A stretch of 63,628 bases of DNA, filler included, from Lenisia limosa (taxonomy: Eukaryota; Protista; Breviatea), in NCBI GenBank assembly GCA_001655205.1. It is 10 parts of 10 records of this genome, joined end to end, with 100 filler letters (N's around TTAATTAATTAA, not from the genome) between each part and the next. Parts side by side here need not be neighbours in the genome. Positions count along the whole stretch, not along the records: positions 52,231 to 57,199 come from LPNZ01006917.1; positions 57,300 to 58,718 come from LPNZ01008007.1; positions 58,819 to 60,460 come from LPNZ01004025.1; positions 60,561 to 62,193 come from LPNZ01001197.1; positions 62,294 to 63,628 come from LPNZ01003874.1; 5 more parts are not named here. One strand, 5' to 3'. This document shows, piece by piece, positions 52,231-63,628 of this stretch; positions within the stretch are counted from its first letter, which is position 1; every line of letters begins with the position of its first letter. A model generated the notes under the pieces. That model was not told where the DNA came from, searched no databases, and worked only from the letters and a program-made list of their open reading frames with translations. The translations under genes and the position numbers were made by a program.

Positions 52231-55200
52231 GACGCGTTGAAGGCTACTCTATGCTCCTGAAAGGTTATGTCAAATTGAAGTATATACAAGATGAGAATAG
52301 AACAAGGTCGAATCTGGCCAAAGCCCACGCTTACAGAAAATGTCCACTCCTCTCGCCTCATACCCTCATCCTCTTCATGAAAAAAAAAAACAAAACAAAA
52401 CAAAACAACATCAACAGCAACAGCAAAACAACAGCAGCANNNNNNNNNNNNNNNNNNNNNNNNNNNNNNNNNNNNNNNNNNNNNNNNNNNNNNNNNNNNN
52501 NNNNNNNNNNNNNNNNNNNNNNNNNNNNNNNNNNNNNNNNNNNNNNNNNNNNNNNNNNNNNNNNNNNNNNNNNNNNNNNNNNNNNNNNNNNNNNNNNNGC
52601 AAGAGTAGATTCCCTGGAGGAGGGGGGGGGGAGGTCATATAATATCTTGAAACTTCGACCAAATACGAATTTGACTACTTCTATGCATATGACAGACATT
52701 ATTTCCTTTGATAATACATAATTACTTACACTACATATCATATAGTATATGATTTTAAACCATATCTAAAGCAAATTGTGCTTGTGTTTTGACCATGCAA
52801 ACTCACTTCGGCGCATCGTCTTTGTATTCCCAAGTTTTGTTAAAAAAGGGAAATATTTTACATTAGAAATCTTGGGAAACAAATAAATATAATTGAAAAA
52901 TTCCATACAATTTTCTCCGGCGGAGGACGCCGAGGAGCGCGTGCGCGGAAGTATGCTATTTTGTTTATGGTATCCCTATGTATTTATTTGTTTCCCTAGA
53001 TTTCTAATGTATATTATTTCTCTTGTTTAAAAAAGTCCCGTAGTTGGCGGCGCATCGACTTGGAATTCTTGTGAATAAGGGAATTCCCATATTTTACATG
53101 GGAATCCCGTGTAATTTTGCGGAAATTTGATTTTTTTTTTTTGGGATTCCCAAATACTACATGGGAATCCCAAGTTGCTGCGCCGAAGTGAACTTCCCAC
53201 TCACCTGTACAGTTCGAACTGTATCATCCTCTTTCTTCTTCTTGAGCTTGAGGTGAACTAAAGCCGCAGCGGCAGCATCCAGACTGAAGGAAATGTTAAA
53301 TAAAAATGATGGAAATGTTCAAAAAAAAACAAAAAAAAACAAAGCACATAAAAAAATAAGAGAAGCGATCCAAATAATAAAAGCCAAGGGAAGAAAAGCT
53401 GGAGGAAAGGATACCCCCCCCCCCCTCCCACGAGAACTTCCTTCTTCTTGGCGGTGGCGTGAATGCTGCTGTCTCAGTTGTATGTTCAGGGCTTGGTGGC
53501 TGGGTCTGCGAGGGGCCGCGATGGGCGGCGGTATGTCTAATCAGGATTACACTAAGTAGTGCTCGGTGAAATTAAATTCTCAAATATACTACACAATATT
53601 CTACAGAACTCAATTTTGCTGATGTCAGGCTTCAATAAAATATAGATATTTATCGAGGATTTATCGGGATATTCTGTTTATTTGGGAACGTAGGGAGGCA
53701 CTACTAATCTGAGCGAAGGAAAAAGTGGAGTGGGAATACACAAAGTTTATTAGAGAAATGCGACATCAATATTCTAATCCTTGTAGGTATGCTGGGGAGG
53801 CACGCAGGAAGCTGTGTGCACAGAGTTGTAAGGCAAATGATTGGGTGAATTAACACTCTACTATAACCCAATATCCTTTATCAGCGTGATGGTGTGGTCA
53901 GGTACAAACTTTATTTCTCATTGCTATATGTATATATAATATATATATAATATACATATATTATCCCATACTTGGGGGAAGAGGGGGCTGATTGCGGGAC
54001 TCCAGATTGTTTTGTGTTACCTGTGGGGTGAAAGAAGAGGGTTAAATATAATATTGGTAACATCCACTATGTATTAAATAAAGTATAATTACTATCAATA
54101 CTTTGAAAAACCACCAGTAGGGCTTCACTTCGTTAGTTTTCGAGGATATAAAAAAATCCAGTACTTCTTTGAACCTACCAGTGGAGAGCGAGGGGAGCTT
54201 AAGGGCAAGTACTGCGGCTCTGAGTTCATCTTGCTCAGTTTGTTGCACCGGCAAGGCTGGTAAAGTGGGCTGGTGCTATGCTGTTAGATTTTTTTTTTAA
54301 AAAAATATGTATTGAATCAAAGACAAGTGAAATTAGGACCATATGTCTGGGGAAGCGTCTTGAAGCGTGTTTGTGGGTTCGTTCTGTATTTCGTAGATCT
54401 TTGGATAGTGCATTTGTATGTGTTATAACTGATTTTCATGAGACCTTGTTATATTAACAGGCCGATTCTTTCAATGGTTTGCAGCGTTCCCTATGTATTT
54501 ATTTGTTTCCCTAGATTTCTAATGCAGTAGATACTATTTCTCTTGTTTTTTTTAAAATATTCCAAGACATCTACCCCTCACCCCCTACTTCAGTAATACA
54601 AGACAAGTTGGAGTCAAGGTCAAGTGGTGGAGGACTGAACATGGGTAGATCGTCATCCATTGGTGCGGAAGGCTGAAATATTAGGTTCGGTCTGGTATGT
54701 CAGAGGTAAACAGTTTGGTATTGCCAGGTTAACTTGGTGTCAGAGATAAACTGTTACACATTGATGTCGATTTTCTTGTTAGAAAACCCAGAGTTTTTTT
54801 TCCTGGGAGTGGTTTTCTGATTTTATACAAGGAGTTTTCCTCAACAGAAAACTCCGAGAAACAAAAGGAAGACAACCACGAGCAAAAAAACGAAGGGAAA
54901 TTTTATTGGAAAACACTTGAGTCGGGATTTCCCCCACTTTTTCAGTAGTTTTCCTGAAAAAAACGGATTGTGAAGTTGGCATTAATATGGGAAGATATAC
55001 AGTGACCGGGATAAGTCTTGACCGATTTGCAGTATGAATTCCCTAGGAAGTGACAGATCCCCGCTTCTTACGGAGGCCGCGCGGGAACGCCTTCGTCCTC
55101 CTGGTGACATACTAGGACTGATATTGGGCGAACCCCTAGACTTGGGTTAGGGCGGGGGAGATTATTGGATTTTGGTCAAAGATCTCTCGTGTTAAAAGTA

Positions 55201-57141
55201 AATCCAGGGGGGGGGGGGATGATTCTAATAACGATTGGAGTTGAAAGTGCTTCGACTCCTGGGACATAAAGCTGATAATATAGTACTATATGGAGTATTG
55301 GATTATTGTATAATGCTCACGTTGGTGTTATCCTCCTTGACATCGCGGGGCTCTTTGCAGTTTGAACTGGACTGAAAAGTGAAACTATTATATTTGCAGT
55401 AAAGTCTCTACTGAAACTTGAATCATTAAAATCCGGCAGTTGAACTATCCACAAAGAAAACACACAGAGAAAGCGACAAAGAAAAGTGAAGTGGTGTGTA
55501 TCAGGGTTAATCAAAAGTAGTTTTATGAGACAGTGCTAACACATAGTTGAATATATGCGGATAGAACAGACTAATAATACTGTCTTACTTTCGAAGAAAT
55601 GACATGTTTTGTACATAATGGATTCACATCGTTTCGAAAAAAGACTCAATTCTCGATAAATCCTCGAAAACTATCAATATTTTACGTTTTTTTTCGAACC
55701 GAAGTAAACAATAATAAAAAATAGATGTTAAAAAGTTAAGGATGAAAACCTTTATGTGCGGTGAAGATTCAAGATGTCCCAGTAACCAACCTATTTCCGG
55801 GTGCTGGTTTGCTTCCTATCTTGCGAGAGATGGATGATGGGAGGGCGAGGGACGACTTCAAATCTCTCATCTTGCGCTGGTGTTGATCCTTTTTGGCGTT
55901 CCGTTCAGCAAGCAGGTAGTACGTGATTGTTTCTTGGTTATGGTGGTTGGCTGGGTGATTAGAAGGAGGTGCATGACATAAAAGAAGCTCAACAAGACAT
56001 TGATAACTCGAGGAAGTTTGTGTCACAACAAATTCAAAAACAAGAGAATTGGTCAACCCGGCTACCCAGTAATGACTTGACTAGTTTGTCACGGGTCAGT
56101 CCCATTTGCACAGCATCTTCAAGGGCGCTTTCGTCGATCATTTCAAGAGACGTCACCTGAGGCGTAAAATTAGAAAATGTGAAACTCTTGGCTAACAACA
56201 CACAAGGGTTGAGAACACGTACCAAAAATAAAACAAAGGGAATGTGTATATTCTATCAGATGTTGAAAAGAGAAATCTGGCAAGGGATATTTGACAGATG
56301 TAGTGGACACTAGTACGAATGTGTTTACTTTAAACCATTCGTGTAAACATGAGAGAAGTGGTGGAAACAAATTAGAGATACAAACGTTTTTTTGCAGTAA
56401 AGTCTCTATTGAAACTAGGACCATTGAGATCCGGCGGTTGACTGTACACATAGAGAAACACCCAAAAACGCTGGACTTATATAGAAGCACAACTTGAATA
56501 CCAGGGCTTCACTTCGGTTCAAAAAAAGACCGGTAAAATATCGATAATTTTTGAGGATTTACCGAGAAATTCAGTCTTTTTCGAACCGTAGTGAAGCCCT
56601 GATCCAGAAGTCTTTTTTCGAATCCAGGTGACATATCACTTATGAAAGATTAATCCTAGCATACCTCCACAACACCTCCAACGCCTTGGGTTGTGAGAGG
56701 GGATGAGGTGTACGTTTTCTTCACCCAGGGGTGCTCTGCAACCTATTGAATGAAAAAAAAAANNNNNNNNNNNNNNNNNNNNNNNNNNNNNNNNNNNNNN
56801 NNNNNNNNNNNNNNNNNNNNNNNNNGAATTGATTACAAAAAAAGGAACCATCAATAATATCACCAACTTGCTTTAAGGTGGCTCGCTTAGTGGGGTCTAC
56901 TGTTAGCATCATGCGGAGAAGGGAGTCGATTTCTGTGTTGTAAGCATTGAAAATATCAACAGTATTGCATCACTATGGCAAGTAAAAAAACAAGACTTTT
57001 GATCCAGTCTTTTTTCAAAATAAGTGAATCCCTTAGTGCGATTATAAGGCCGATACAAACCCAACTGACCAGGTGTAAGGTACTTCATTTGCTCATACTT
57101 TCCGGAGAGAATCTGTCGGTACAGCGAATGCAAATCATCTC
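52231..57141 (-). CDS. AMPK-related Ser/Thr kinase (MARK/PAR-1-like), fragment: kinase C-lobe end, UBA, S/P-rich spacer, probable KA1 start
   Basis: GDDLHSLYRQILSGKY / EIDSLLRMMLTVDPTKRATLKQ / VAEHPWV (subdomains X-XI), then UBA-like IDESALEDAVQMGLTRDKLVKSLL...TYYLL, then low-complexity exons and LDAAAAALVHLKLKKKKEDDTVRTVQ. Both ends cut by linkers. Confidence 0.85.
52804..53190. mobile_element. Composite non-autonomous foldback element in a kinase intron (12-bp TIR CACTTCGGCGCA, 4-bp flanking direct repeat AACT)
   Basis: AACT|CACTTCGGCGCA (52804-52815) ... TGCGCCGAAGTG (53179-53190)|AACT. An inner inverted pair lies at 52861-52889 / 52981-53009. Confidence 0.7.
53626..53702. mobile_element. 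Family A MITE, partial, kinase intron
   Basis: Core tatcgaggatttatcgggatattc plus degenerate right end gggaacgtagggaggc. Confidence 0.6.
53770..53960 (+). repeat. Family C dispersed repeat, longest copy (no TIR; CAAATGATTGGGTGAAT core; AT-rich tail)
   Basis: Homologous segments at 8011-8090(-), 8766-8940(+), 13385-13450(+), 16835-16880(-), 19676-19720(+), 24186-24240(+), 33890-34000(-), 37432-37499(-), 47810-47905(+) and 52065-52100(+). Confidence 0.8.
54118..54175. mobile_element. Family A MITE, internally deleted, kinase intron
   Basis: tagggcttcacttcg joined to tagttttcgaggat. Confidence 0.55.
55000..55035. mobile_element. Family D MITE, left arm
   Basis: TA|CAGTGACCGGGATAAGTCTTGACCGATTTGC. 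Further fragments at 39642-39715, 46711-46738 and 57958-58008. Confidence 0.75.
55623..55706. mobile_element. Family A MITE with eroded ends, kinase intron
   Basis: ttcacatcgtttcgaaaaaagactcaattctcgataaatcctcgaaaactatc...tcgaaccgaagt. Confidence 0.8.
56502..56601. mobile_element. Family A hAT-type MITE, near-consensus copy, kinase intron
   Basis: CAGGGCTTCACTTCGGTTCAAAAAAAGAC...GTCTTTTTCGAACCGTAGTGAAGCCCTG; no TSD seen. Confidence 0.9.
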
Positions 57142-57453
57142 CTGAAAGAATAGGTAAGTTAGTGGGTGTAAGTGCAACAAGTTTACATTCAGCCCCTGAN
57201 NNNNNNNNNNNNNNNNNNNNNNNNNNNNNNNNNNNNNNNNNNNTTAATTAATTAANNNNNNNNNNNNNNNNNNNNNNNNNNNNNNNNNNNNNNNNNNNNG
57301 GAGAAATGAGAGGGTGCGCGCGCGCGCGCGTGTGTGTGTGTGTTTACATATCATATATTATATAATACAAGTAATATCTAATACTTACATCTGAATGTGT
57401 GTGTATGTTGGATTGGGAGGGGGGGGGGTAATTCTATTATCGTGTGTTCCACC

Positions 57454-57540
57454 TAGGGCTTCACTTCGGTTCGAAAAATGACTGAATTTCTCGATTATTC
57501 CTCGAAAACTATCGATATTTTCCCGGTTGTTTTGAAACCG
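57454..57540. mobile_element. Family A MITE, right TIR truncated by a family B sequence
   Basis: tagggcttcacttcggttcgaaaaatgactgaatttctcg...tttgaaaccg, then family B begins. Confidence 0.85.
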
Positions 57541-58099
57541 TTTTTGTTGTTTGTTATTGCTTGTTTGTTTTTTGTTGTTTGGAGTTTCAGATCTTTTGGT
57601 TCGTGATTANNNNNNNNNNNNNNNNNNNNNNNNNNNNNNNNNNNNNNNNNNNNNNNNNNNNNNNNNNNNNNNNNNNNNNNNNNNNNNNNNNNNNNNNNNN
57701 NNNNNNNNNNNNNNNNNNNNNNNNNNNNNNNNNNNNNNNNNNNNNNNNNNNNNNNNNNNNNNNNNNNNNNNNNNNNNNNNNNNNNNNNNNNNNNNNNNAT
57801 CGAATTGCAGCCGAGCCCCCGGAAGGGTCTCTTGATTCTGCGGCCTGGGTATACTTTAGACCTGGAGTGTACATGAATATGTTTGCTGGGATATATGATT
57901 ATAATATATTCTATCTTTGATAGTAGTAGTATATGATATACAGATTAATCTTTAACTATTTTCTTTGGTAAATCATAGCAAATCAGTCAAGACTTATCCC
58001 GGTCACTGGTTCTGTCATATGTAGTGGATAGAGGGGGGCTGGGTATATTTCAGACCTGAATATGTTTGGAGGTATATAAGGGGAGTGAGGGATATGATT

Positions 58100-58184
58100 T
58101 AGGGCTTCACTTCGATTCTCGGGAAAATATCGATAGTTTTCGAGGATTTTTAGACATTTATTCTTTTTTTGAACCGAAGTGAAG
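58100..58184. mobile_element. Family A MITE, internally deleted
   Basis: tagggcttcacttcg...tttgaaccgaagtgaag. Confidence 0.8.
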
Positions 58185-58258
58185 TATAATAAATATTTGA
58201 GGTGGTGGGGGGTGGGGTGTATCTTAGTCTGGAACTTCACAAATAGGAGCATCATGAG

Positions 58259-58357
58259 TAAGGCTTCATTTCGGTTCAAAAAAAAAGACTTTCTCATTAA
58301 ATCTTCGAAAACTATTGATATTTTACCGATTTTTTTTCGAACCGAAATGAAGAACTA
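58259..58357. mobile_element. Family A MITE, opposite internal orientation to the copy at 58100
   Basis: taaggcttcatttcggttcaaaa...ttcgaaccgaaatgaagaacta. Confidence 0.8.
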
Positions 58358-59719
58358 ATTAAAAATCGGAACAAATGGGAGCTAGTGGAAACATTTCTGA
58401 CACCTTAAAATTTATTTCGTGTAAAGAGTTGTGCTTTATTCCAAACGATTCATTTTCAACTTCCTCATTCCCTAGGTGGAAGGTTGGTAAGCTAGTTGCC
58501 TCGACCGTTCCCGACATCCGTAAGGTGACACCTAAGGAAATCATCCCCATCGCTGGAGCGGAGGTTGGGACCCCACAACAGTGTTGAATCTGAGTTTTTT
58601 TTGTTTCATCAATTGTCAGCCAAAAGTGTTGATTTTGGGCTGTAAGCAAAACCCTCTTTTTCTTTTTCTTATTCACTGGGCTTTGTTTGTTTTGTTGTCA
58701 ACCCTCGTGTGTCTCCTCNNNNNNNNNNNNNNNNNNNNNNNNNNNNNNNNNNNNNNNNNNNNTTAATTAATTAANNNNNNNNNNNNNNNNNNNNNNNNNN
58801 NNNNNNNNNNNNNNNNNNGGGGGGGGGGAGAAGGAAATTTCGATGAAGAATACTGGGGTAAAGGTACTTATCACGAACCGAATAATCTGGAACTCCAAAC
58901 AAACAAAAAACAAGCAATAACAAACACGAGCAACCAACGCAAAAACAAGACAAAAGTCAGATGACAAAAACACAAAAGAAAAAACATGCCCGAGCCAGCC
59001 TTTGAAGAGTCCCACCACCACTCGATGGGGGATTATATGTTATATGACTCCCAATAATTAATTGAATATTATGTCAAAATTTCAAGTGTAACGAGAACCC
59101 TATTCCAGACACTTTATATTCAATTATTGTCAATTATTTTCTTCAAACAATTCATAGCACTCAGCCATTATATTTTATAATGTAATGTGTGTAATATAGT
59201 ATATTATATTATATATCATATATATGATATATAATACAAAAACCATAGGTAATTATGCTAAACGCTCATAAAATCATGATTTTAGATTGGCTCCAACGTG
59301 GGGGATCCTGGCCTGGAGTGGCGTGCTGCTTTCACCATGGCGTCGNNNNNNNNNNNNNNNNNNNNNNNNNNNNNNNNNNNNNNNNNNNNNNNNNNNNNNN
59401 NNNNNNNNNNNNNNNNNNNNNNNNNNNNNNNNNNNNNNNNNNNNNNNNNNNNNNNNNNNNNNNNNNNCCTAACACAGAAAAGTTGTAATCTATAATCCAA
59501 TATTGTGAAACTGTTGGCAGCTTTGGCTAGATACTCTTGTATTCTCATTTCTGCATTTTATTTATTAATTGATGCCAGGGGGTACGAAAGACCTGGGTCG
59601 AGATGTGAGACGCCATTTGATTAATGCTGCTTCAATACATGTTTGTGGGTTAGTTTTGATATTATTTTTTTATTTTTCTTACATTTTTCTTTTCGTTTAT
59701 TTTTTCTTTACGTAAGCGA

Positions 59720-60340
59720 GAGTGATGGGATGCAGTGCTGCAGAAGCGACTGATTTAAACTGCGAAACAGTCATCTGCCTAAGGTCATGCTCCATATCAG
59801 AGGTATATCCTTATGGAGGTGACATTTTTTGGCAACCATTAACAAATGCATTGCCTTAACAATAGCTGTACGTAATTCGGTCCGAAAATAAGATGCAGAG
59901 ATTTTCAAATCTTTATCTAGCAAGCAAGACAACTAACTCAACTGATTCTTTATCAGGGTGACAAAGACCAATATTGAAAGTAATTGTGTTGTCAAAACTG
60001 AATTCTTGATCAACAAACCATGACTTCTGTACTCTGTCAGGGCTGACACTATTGAACAGCTTAAGGTCAGGGGAAAAAAAAAGTACCTCTTGTTTGCTCT
60101 TTTACGGGAAGGTAAGGGTTTGCTTTTGAATGAAGTGATACGGGTGAGAATTAACTTATATCAAAGGTCCGGCTTGGGGGAGGTACAAATATGCATACAT
60201 CATGTTAACAATGAAACCCACTTCAAACAAAACAGCATAAAGACCTCTCGATTCCTCCATCTCGAATATTCCTGTGTGCCTATGAAGAACACCTGGTCTC
60301 CTTAAATGGCTGAAAAGTCTCTTCTTTGCTTTTTGGCACA
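59720..60340 (-). CDS. Isolated exon-like segments of an unknown gene
   Basis: For example LFNSVSPDRVQKSWFVDQEFSFDNTITFNIGLCHPDKESVE (~60060-59940). Short contig, no family recognised. Confidence 0.25.
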
Positions 60341-62294
60341 GCAAAACTGCCCAAGGGAACTAAACATTGATCAAACGACACGCATGTTGCACTAAACTTA
60401 AAGGTTATTTTCGCATAACATCAATTATTAACTCTATTTGATATTTTTTTGAACAAAGTTNNNNNNNNNNNNNNNNNNNNNNNNNNNNNNNNNNNNNNNN
60501 NNNNTTAATTAATTAANNNNNNNNNNNNNNNNNNNNNNNNNNNNNNNNNNNNNNNNNNNNTGAGTCAGACTTCCCACCTAATCCAGTAGGCATGGCCCAT
60601 TTTTTGAGAGGGGATGGACGGTCATCAAGCAGCGTTCGTCAGGAGGCAGGCCTCAAGCCTCTTCCGGTAACGGGGCAATATCAAGGAAAACTATAATGTA
60701 TTGACTTCTTTGCCAGATACGATCTCTTTATATCTGCGTGTAATATATAACTGGGCTTATTTGGCCCATTGTGTGTAGGTAATAGGATCTGGTATAGACA
60801 TACATGTATATCATTTACCTTGTTTATCCATCTCATCAGAAAGCTAGGAACGGGGCTTTAAGACTAAAAACTGGGTGATTTAATGTAATGCTGGAATCAC
60901 TATTCTTATAAATCTGATTGTGAGGATTTCTTCGTCCAGATACTCTATTCTTTTTCTTTATTCAGACAATTTTTAATGACTCCATAGGTGCTTCATGGAA
61001 TCGATCCCGTCAATGGGGTGTTTGCTATGTAGATTCCCTTGGTAGATTTCTATGATATGTGGACGAGGATGTATTTTTAGATGTAAAATGTATTCGCTTT
61101 ATTTGGAACACTATGATTATATGAAATCAGCTAGTTTTTGAACCCCTATATATTGCTCTAATGTGGGGAAGATCTTTCACCTTCTTTACAAAAATATACA
61201 TGTATCTCTTCTCTTGATAATACTGTTGTAAACTTTTGGCTCAAAGGTTTCGCTTTCTGAAAATTTCAAATAAACTGACAGCAACAACATCAGTCATCTT
61301 CAACATCCAAACACCAAAGAAAAACAAAATGAACAGTCATTTGTTAAATTATGAACATGTACTGCCAAACCAAATAAAAGGACGTACAATTGCTCCAAAT
61401 CCAAAATTGGTAAATTGCACTCTGATACTTGTTTCATCAAAATCCGAATGTGACGTTTGATATTATATGATAGTTAGATTTCCAAATATGGTAAGAAATG
61501 TCCTTATCATAAAATGATATCAGTCAGTGTTCAGAAAAAGTTTTCTTCCAGAATAAGGAAAATTTTTACTTTCCTTTTTTGGAAATAATATCCCCTCTCA
61601 CACTCACACCTCTCATTTGCGTCTCATCCATCCCACTCACGATCACCAGCTTTTCATTAATATTTGTAAAAGTCATAAGTTCTTAGTTTCAGCAGCCTTG
61701 ATTTTACCAAAGTTCAGTATTTGAAATGAAGGTAATAGTGATCATCTCGGTGAGAGGAGTGAAAAATGAATGAAAAACTAATTGGGTTCTATTGTGAATT
61801 TTGTAATAATGGATGTTTAAGAAGTTAGCAATTTGACACGAAGATAAAGTAGAACCATTTATTTTGAGTGAATAATTTAGGTGTGTGTTGTTCTTGGCTT
61901 TGGACTACAGCTCGGGGTAAGTGTAATAATTGCATAGCAAGACAAATACATTCAATATTTACACTTGCCCCAACAAAAGCATCTTTTAATCATGTTATTG
62001 TGTTTATTCATGGTTTGCATTCTTAGAGTATAATAATACAATACACTTATGTTAATGTAGTATTTTGTGGCAAAATCTACAAAGATATTTCACAACAGGC
62101 AAGCAGAAATGAAGAAGGTGGGTTTTGAAATTACATGGATATTGCCAACTATGATACGACAATATATTTTAGTTTGAATATGTTTACAGTGCGNNNNNNN
62201 NNNNNNNNNNNNNNNNNNNNNNNNNNNNNNNNNNNNNTTAATTAATTAANNNNNNNNNNNNNNNNNNNNNNNNNNNNNNNNNNNNNNNNNNNNT

Positions 62295-63470
62295 ATGCAT
62301 GTCATAGATCTTAGTGTTGCTGACGTCCACATAGGCAGGTGGTACGGGGAAGGAATCGAGAGTGAACGTATCGAAACCGGGATGGTGGAGATCAATGGAG
62401 GCTCCTAGACATTATTAGTACGTTGTTTATTGTATGTTAATTTTTACTTTGGTTTTTTTCTAGGATTATTATTTACTTAGGTTTTTACGTAGGTCATCAG
62501 AATACCAAGAATTTAAGTTAATGCAATTTGATTGTAAAAACAATAACACATAATACCCCCACATTATACCTCCACACATACATAATATTAACCCAAAAAC
62601 ACAAACACACACATACACAACACACAAGCACGCATACACAGGCACGTCACCTGACTGGAACACTAACCTGACTGGAACACTAACCTGACAGGAACACTAA
62701 CCTTACCACATAATACCCCTTCACCTATAAAAAGAAGAAGAACCCACCTCCCTCTTATTTTTAAACTAGCAATTCCCCCCCCCCCCCAAANNNNNNNNNN
62801 NNNNNNNNNNNNNNNNNNNNNNNNNNNNNNNNNNNNNNNNNNNNNNNNNNNNNNNNNNNNNNNNNNNNNNNNNNNNNNNNNNNNNNNNNNNNNNNNNNNN
62901 NNNNNNNNNNNNNNNNNNNNNNNAGCAACGTTTCACGAACTGATAGCAGGGTGGTCTGGGGGGTAAAGATGTTGTCTGTTTTTTTGTGTGTGAAACTCCA
63001 AACAAACAAAAAAAAACACGAGAAACTAGCACTAAAACTAGACAAAAACCAGATGACAAAAAAAACACAAAAACAAAAGCCCGAGGGGGGGGGGGAGTTC
63101 AAAATGATAAATCATTCTAAGATGCATATTGTATGGTCAGGGCTCACTTCGGTTCGAAAAAAATCCAGTAAAATATGGACAGTTTTCGAGGATTTATCGA
63201 GAAATTCAGTTTTTTTAAACCGAAGTGAGCCCTACCTGTGGGTGTGTAGGGATGTCACAAGGATTCAATTCAGTTCAAAAAACAGACCGAATTTCTCGAA
63301 AAAACTTTTAAAACTATCGATATTATACCAGTCTATTTTGAACCGAAGTGAAACCCTAGTCCTAATCCACCCACTTCGGTAATCAACGCAATTGGGATGA
63401 AGATGAAGACGGCAGAACTGGAAAAGTGGTCCTGCGCGAAGAAGTTCAGCACTGCCGAACGTAATTCCTA
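62295..63470 (-). CDS. Isolated exon-like segments of an unknown gene
   Basis: ELRSAVLNFFAQDHFSSSAVFIFIPIALITE (ctag...gtgggt, ~63470-63378) and GASIDLHHPGFDTFTLDSFPVPPAYVDVSNTKIYDMH (~62405-62295). Confidence 0.3.
62650..62703. repeat. 17-bp minisatellite x3
   Basis: cctgactggaacactaa, cctgactggaacactaa, cctgacaggaacactaa. Confidence 0.85.
63138..63234. mobile_element. Family A MITE
   Basis: CAGGGCTCACTTCGGTT...AACCGAAGTGAGCCCTA (the same 1-nt deletion in both TIRs). Confidence 0.9.
63258..63358. mobile_element. Family A MITE, 23 bp from the previous copy and inverted relative to it
   Basis: caaggattcaattcagttcaaaaaacagac...ttgaaccgaagtgaaacccta. Confidence 0.8.
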
Positions 63471-63628
63471 GGGGAGAGAGGGGTAAGACTACCATGTTAG
63501 TTAACTCGGATTTTACCGAGGACGTGTATGAGAGGGAAAAATGTTATGAAACACAAAAAGCCCATAATCGACACTATTGGCCGATACCACATGAGAGGGG
63601 GGGGGTAGTGAAACAAAAACAAAAGACC

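Noticed and set aside
53079-53171. GGGAATTCCC as NF-kB sites
   Set aside because: They lie inside a TIR-bounded element and nothing in the window indicates NF-kB; subterminal repeats are the simpler reading.
57800-60340. Upstream kinase subdomains continuing the MARK-like gene
   Set aside because: No HRD, DFG or APE motifs were found in any frame I could read beyond the linker.

Overview
Eukaryotic genomic DNA: AT-rich, very intron-dense (exons mostly 40-150 nt, GT-AG introns), standard genetic code. The taxon cannot be fixed from this window; the gene content fits a flagellate amoebozoan-like protist or a zoosporic fungus. Nine 100-bp N44-TTAATTAATTAA-N44 linkers show the window is a concatenation of contigs, so adjacency across them is not trustworthy. 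Genes recovered by manual splicing: the 5' part of an EFHC1/Rib72-like DM10 protein head-to-head with a Zn(II)2Cys6+PAS transcription factor, tRNA-Leu(AAG), a hypothetical gene, INO80, an AT-hook acidic nuclear protein, a large secreted protein with exon-encoded Cys-rich repeats, a RecQ (BLM/Sgs1-like) helicase fragment and a MARK/AMPK-related kinase fragment. The most striking non-coding structure is a set of small mobile elements in introns: a ~97-bp hAT-type MITE (19 copies, 8-bp TSDs), a ~78-bp Tc1/mariner-type MITE (TA TSD), a TIR-less family with a CCAAT core and an AT-rich tail, a composite foldback element and several smaller families. Other oddities are a triplicated splice donor in INO80, inverted repeat copies bracketing INO80 exons, two box C/D-like intronic units and a possible antisense gene nested in a RecQ intron. 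I recognised no autonomous transposase, CRISPR array or rRNA.
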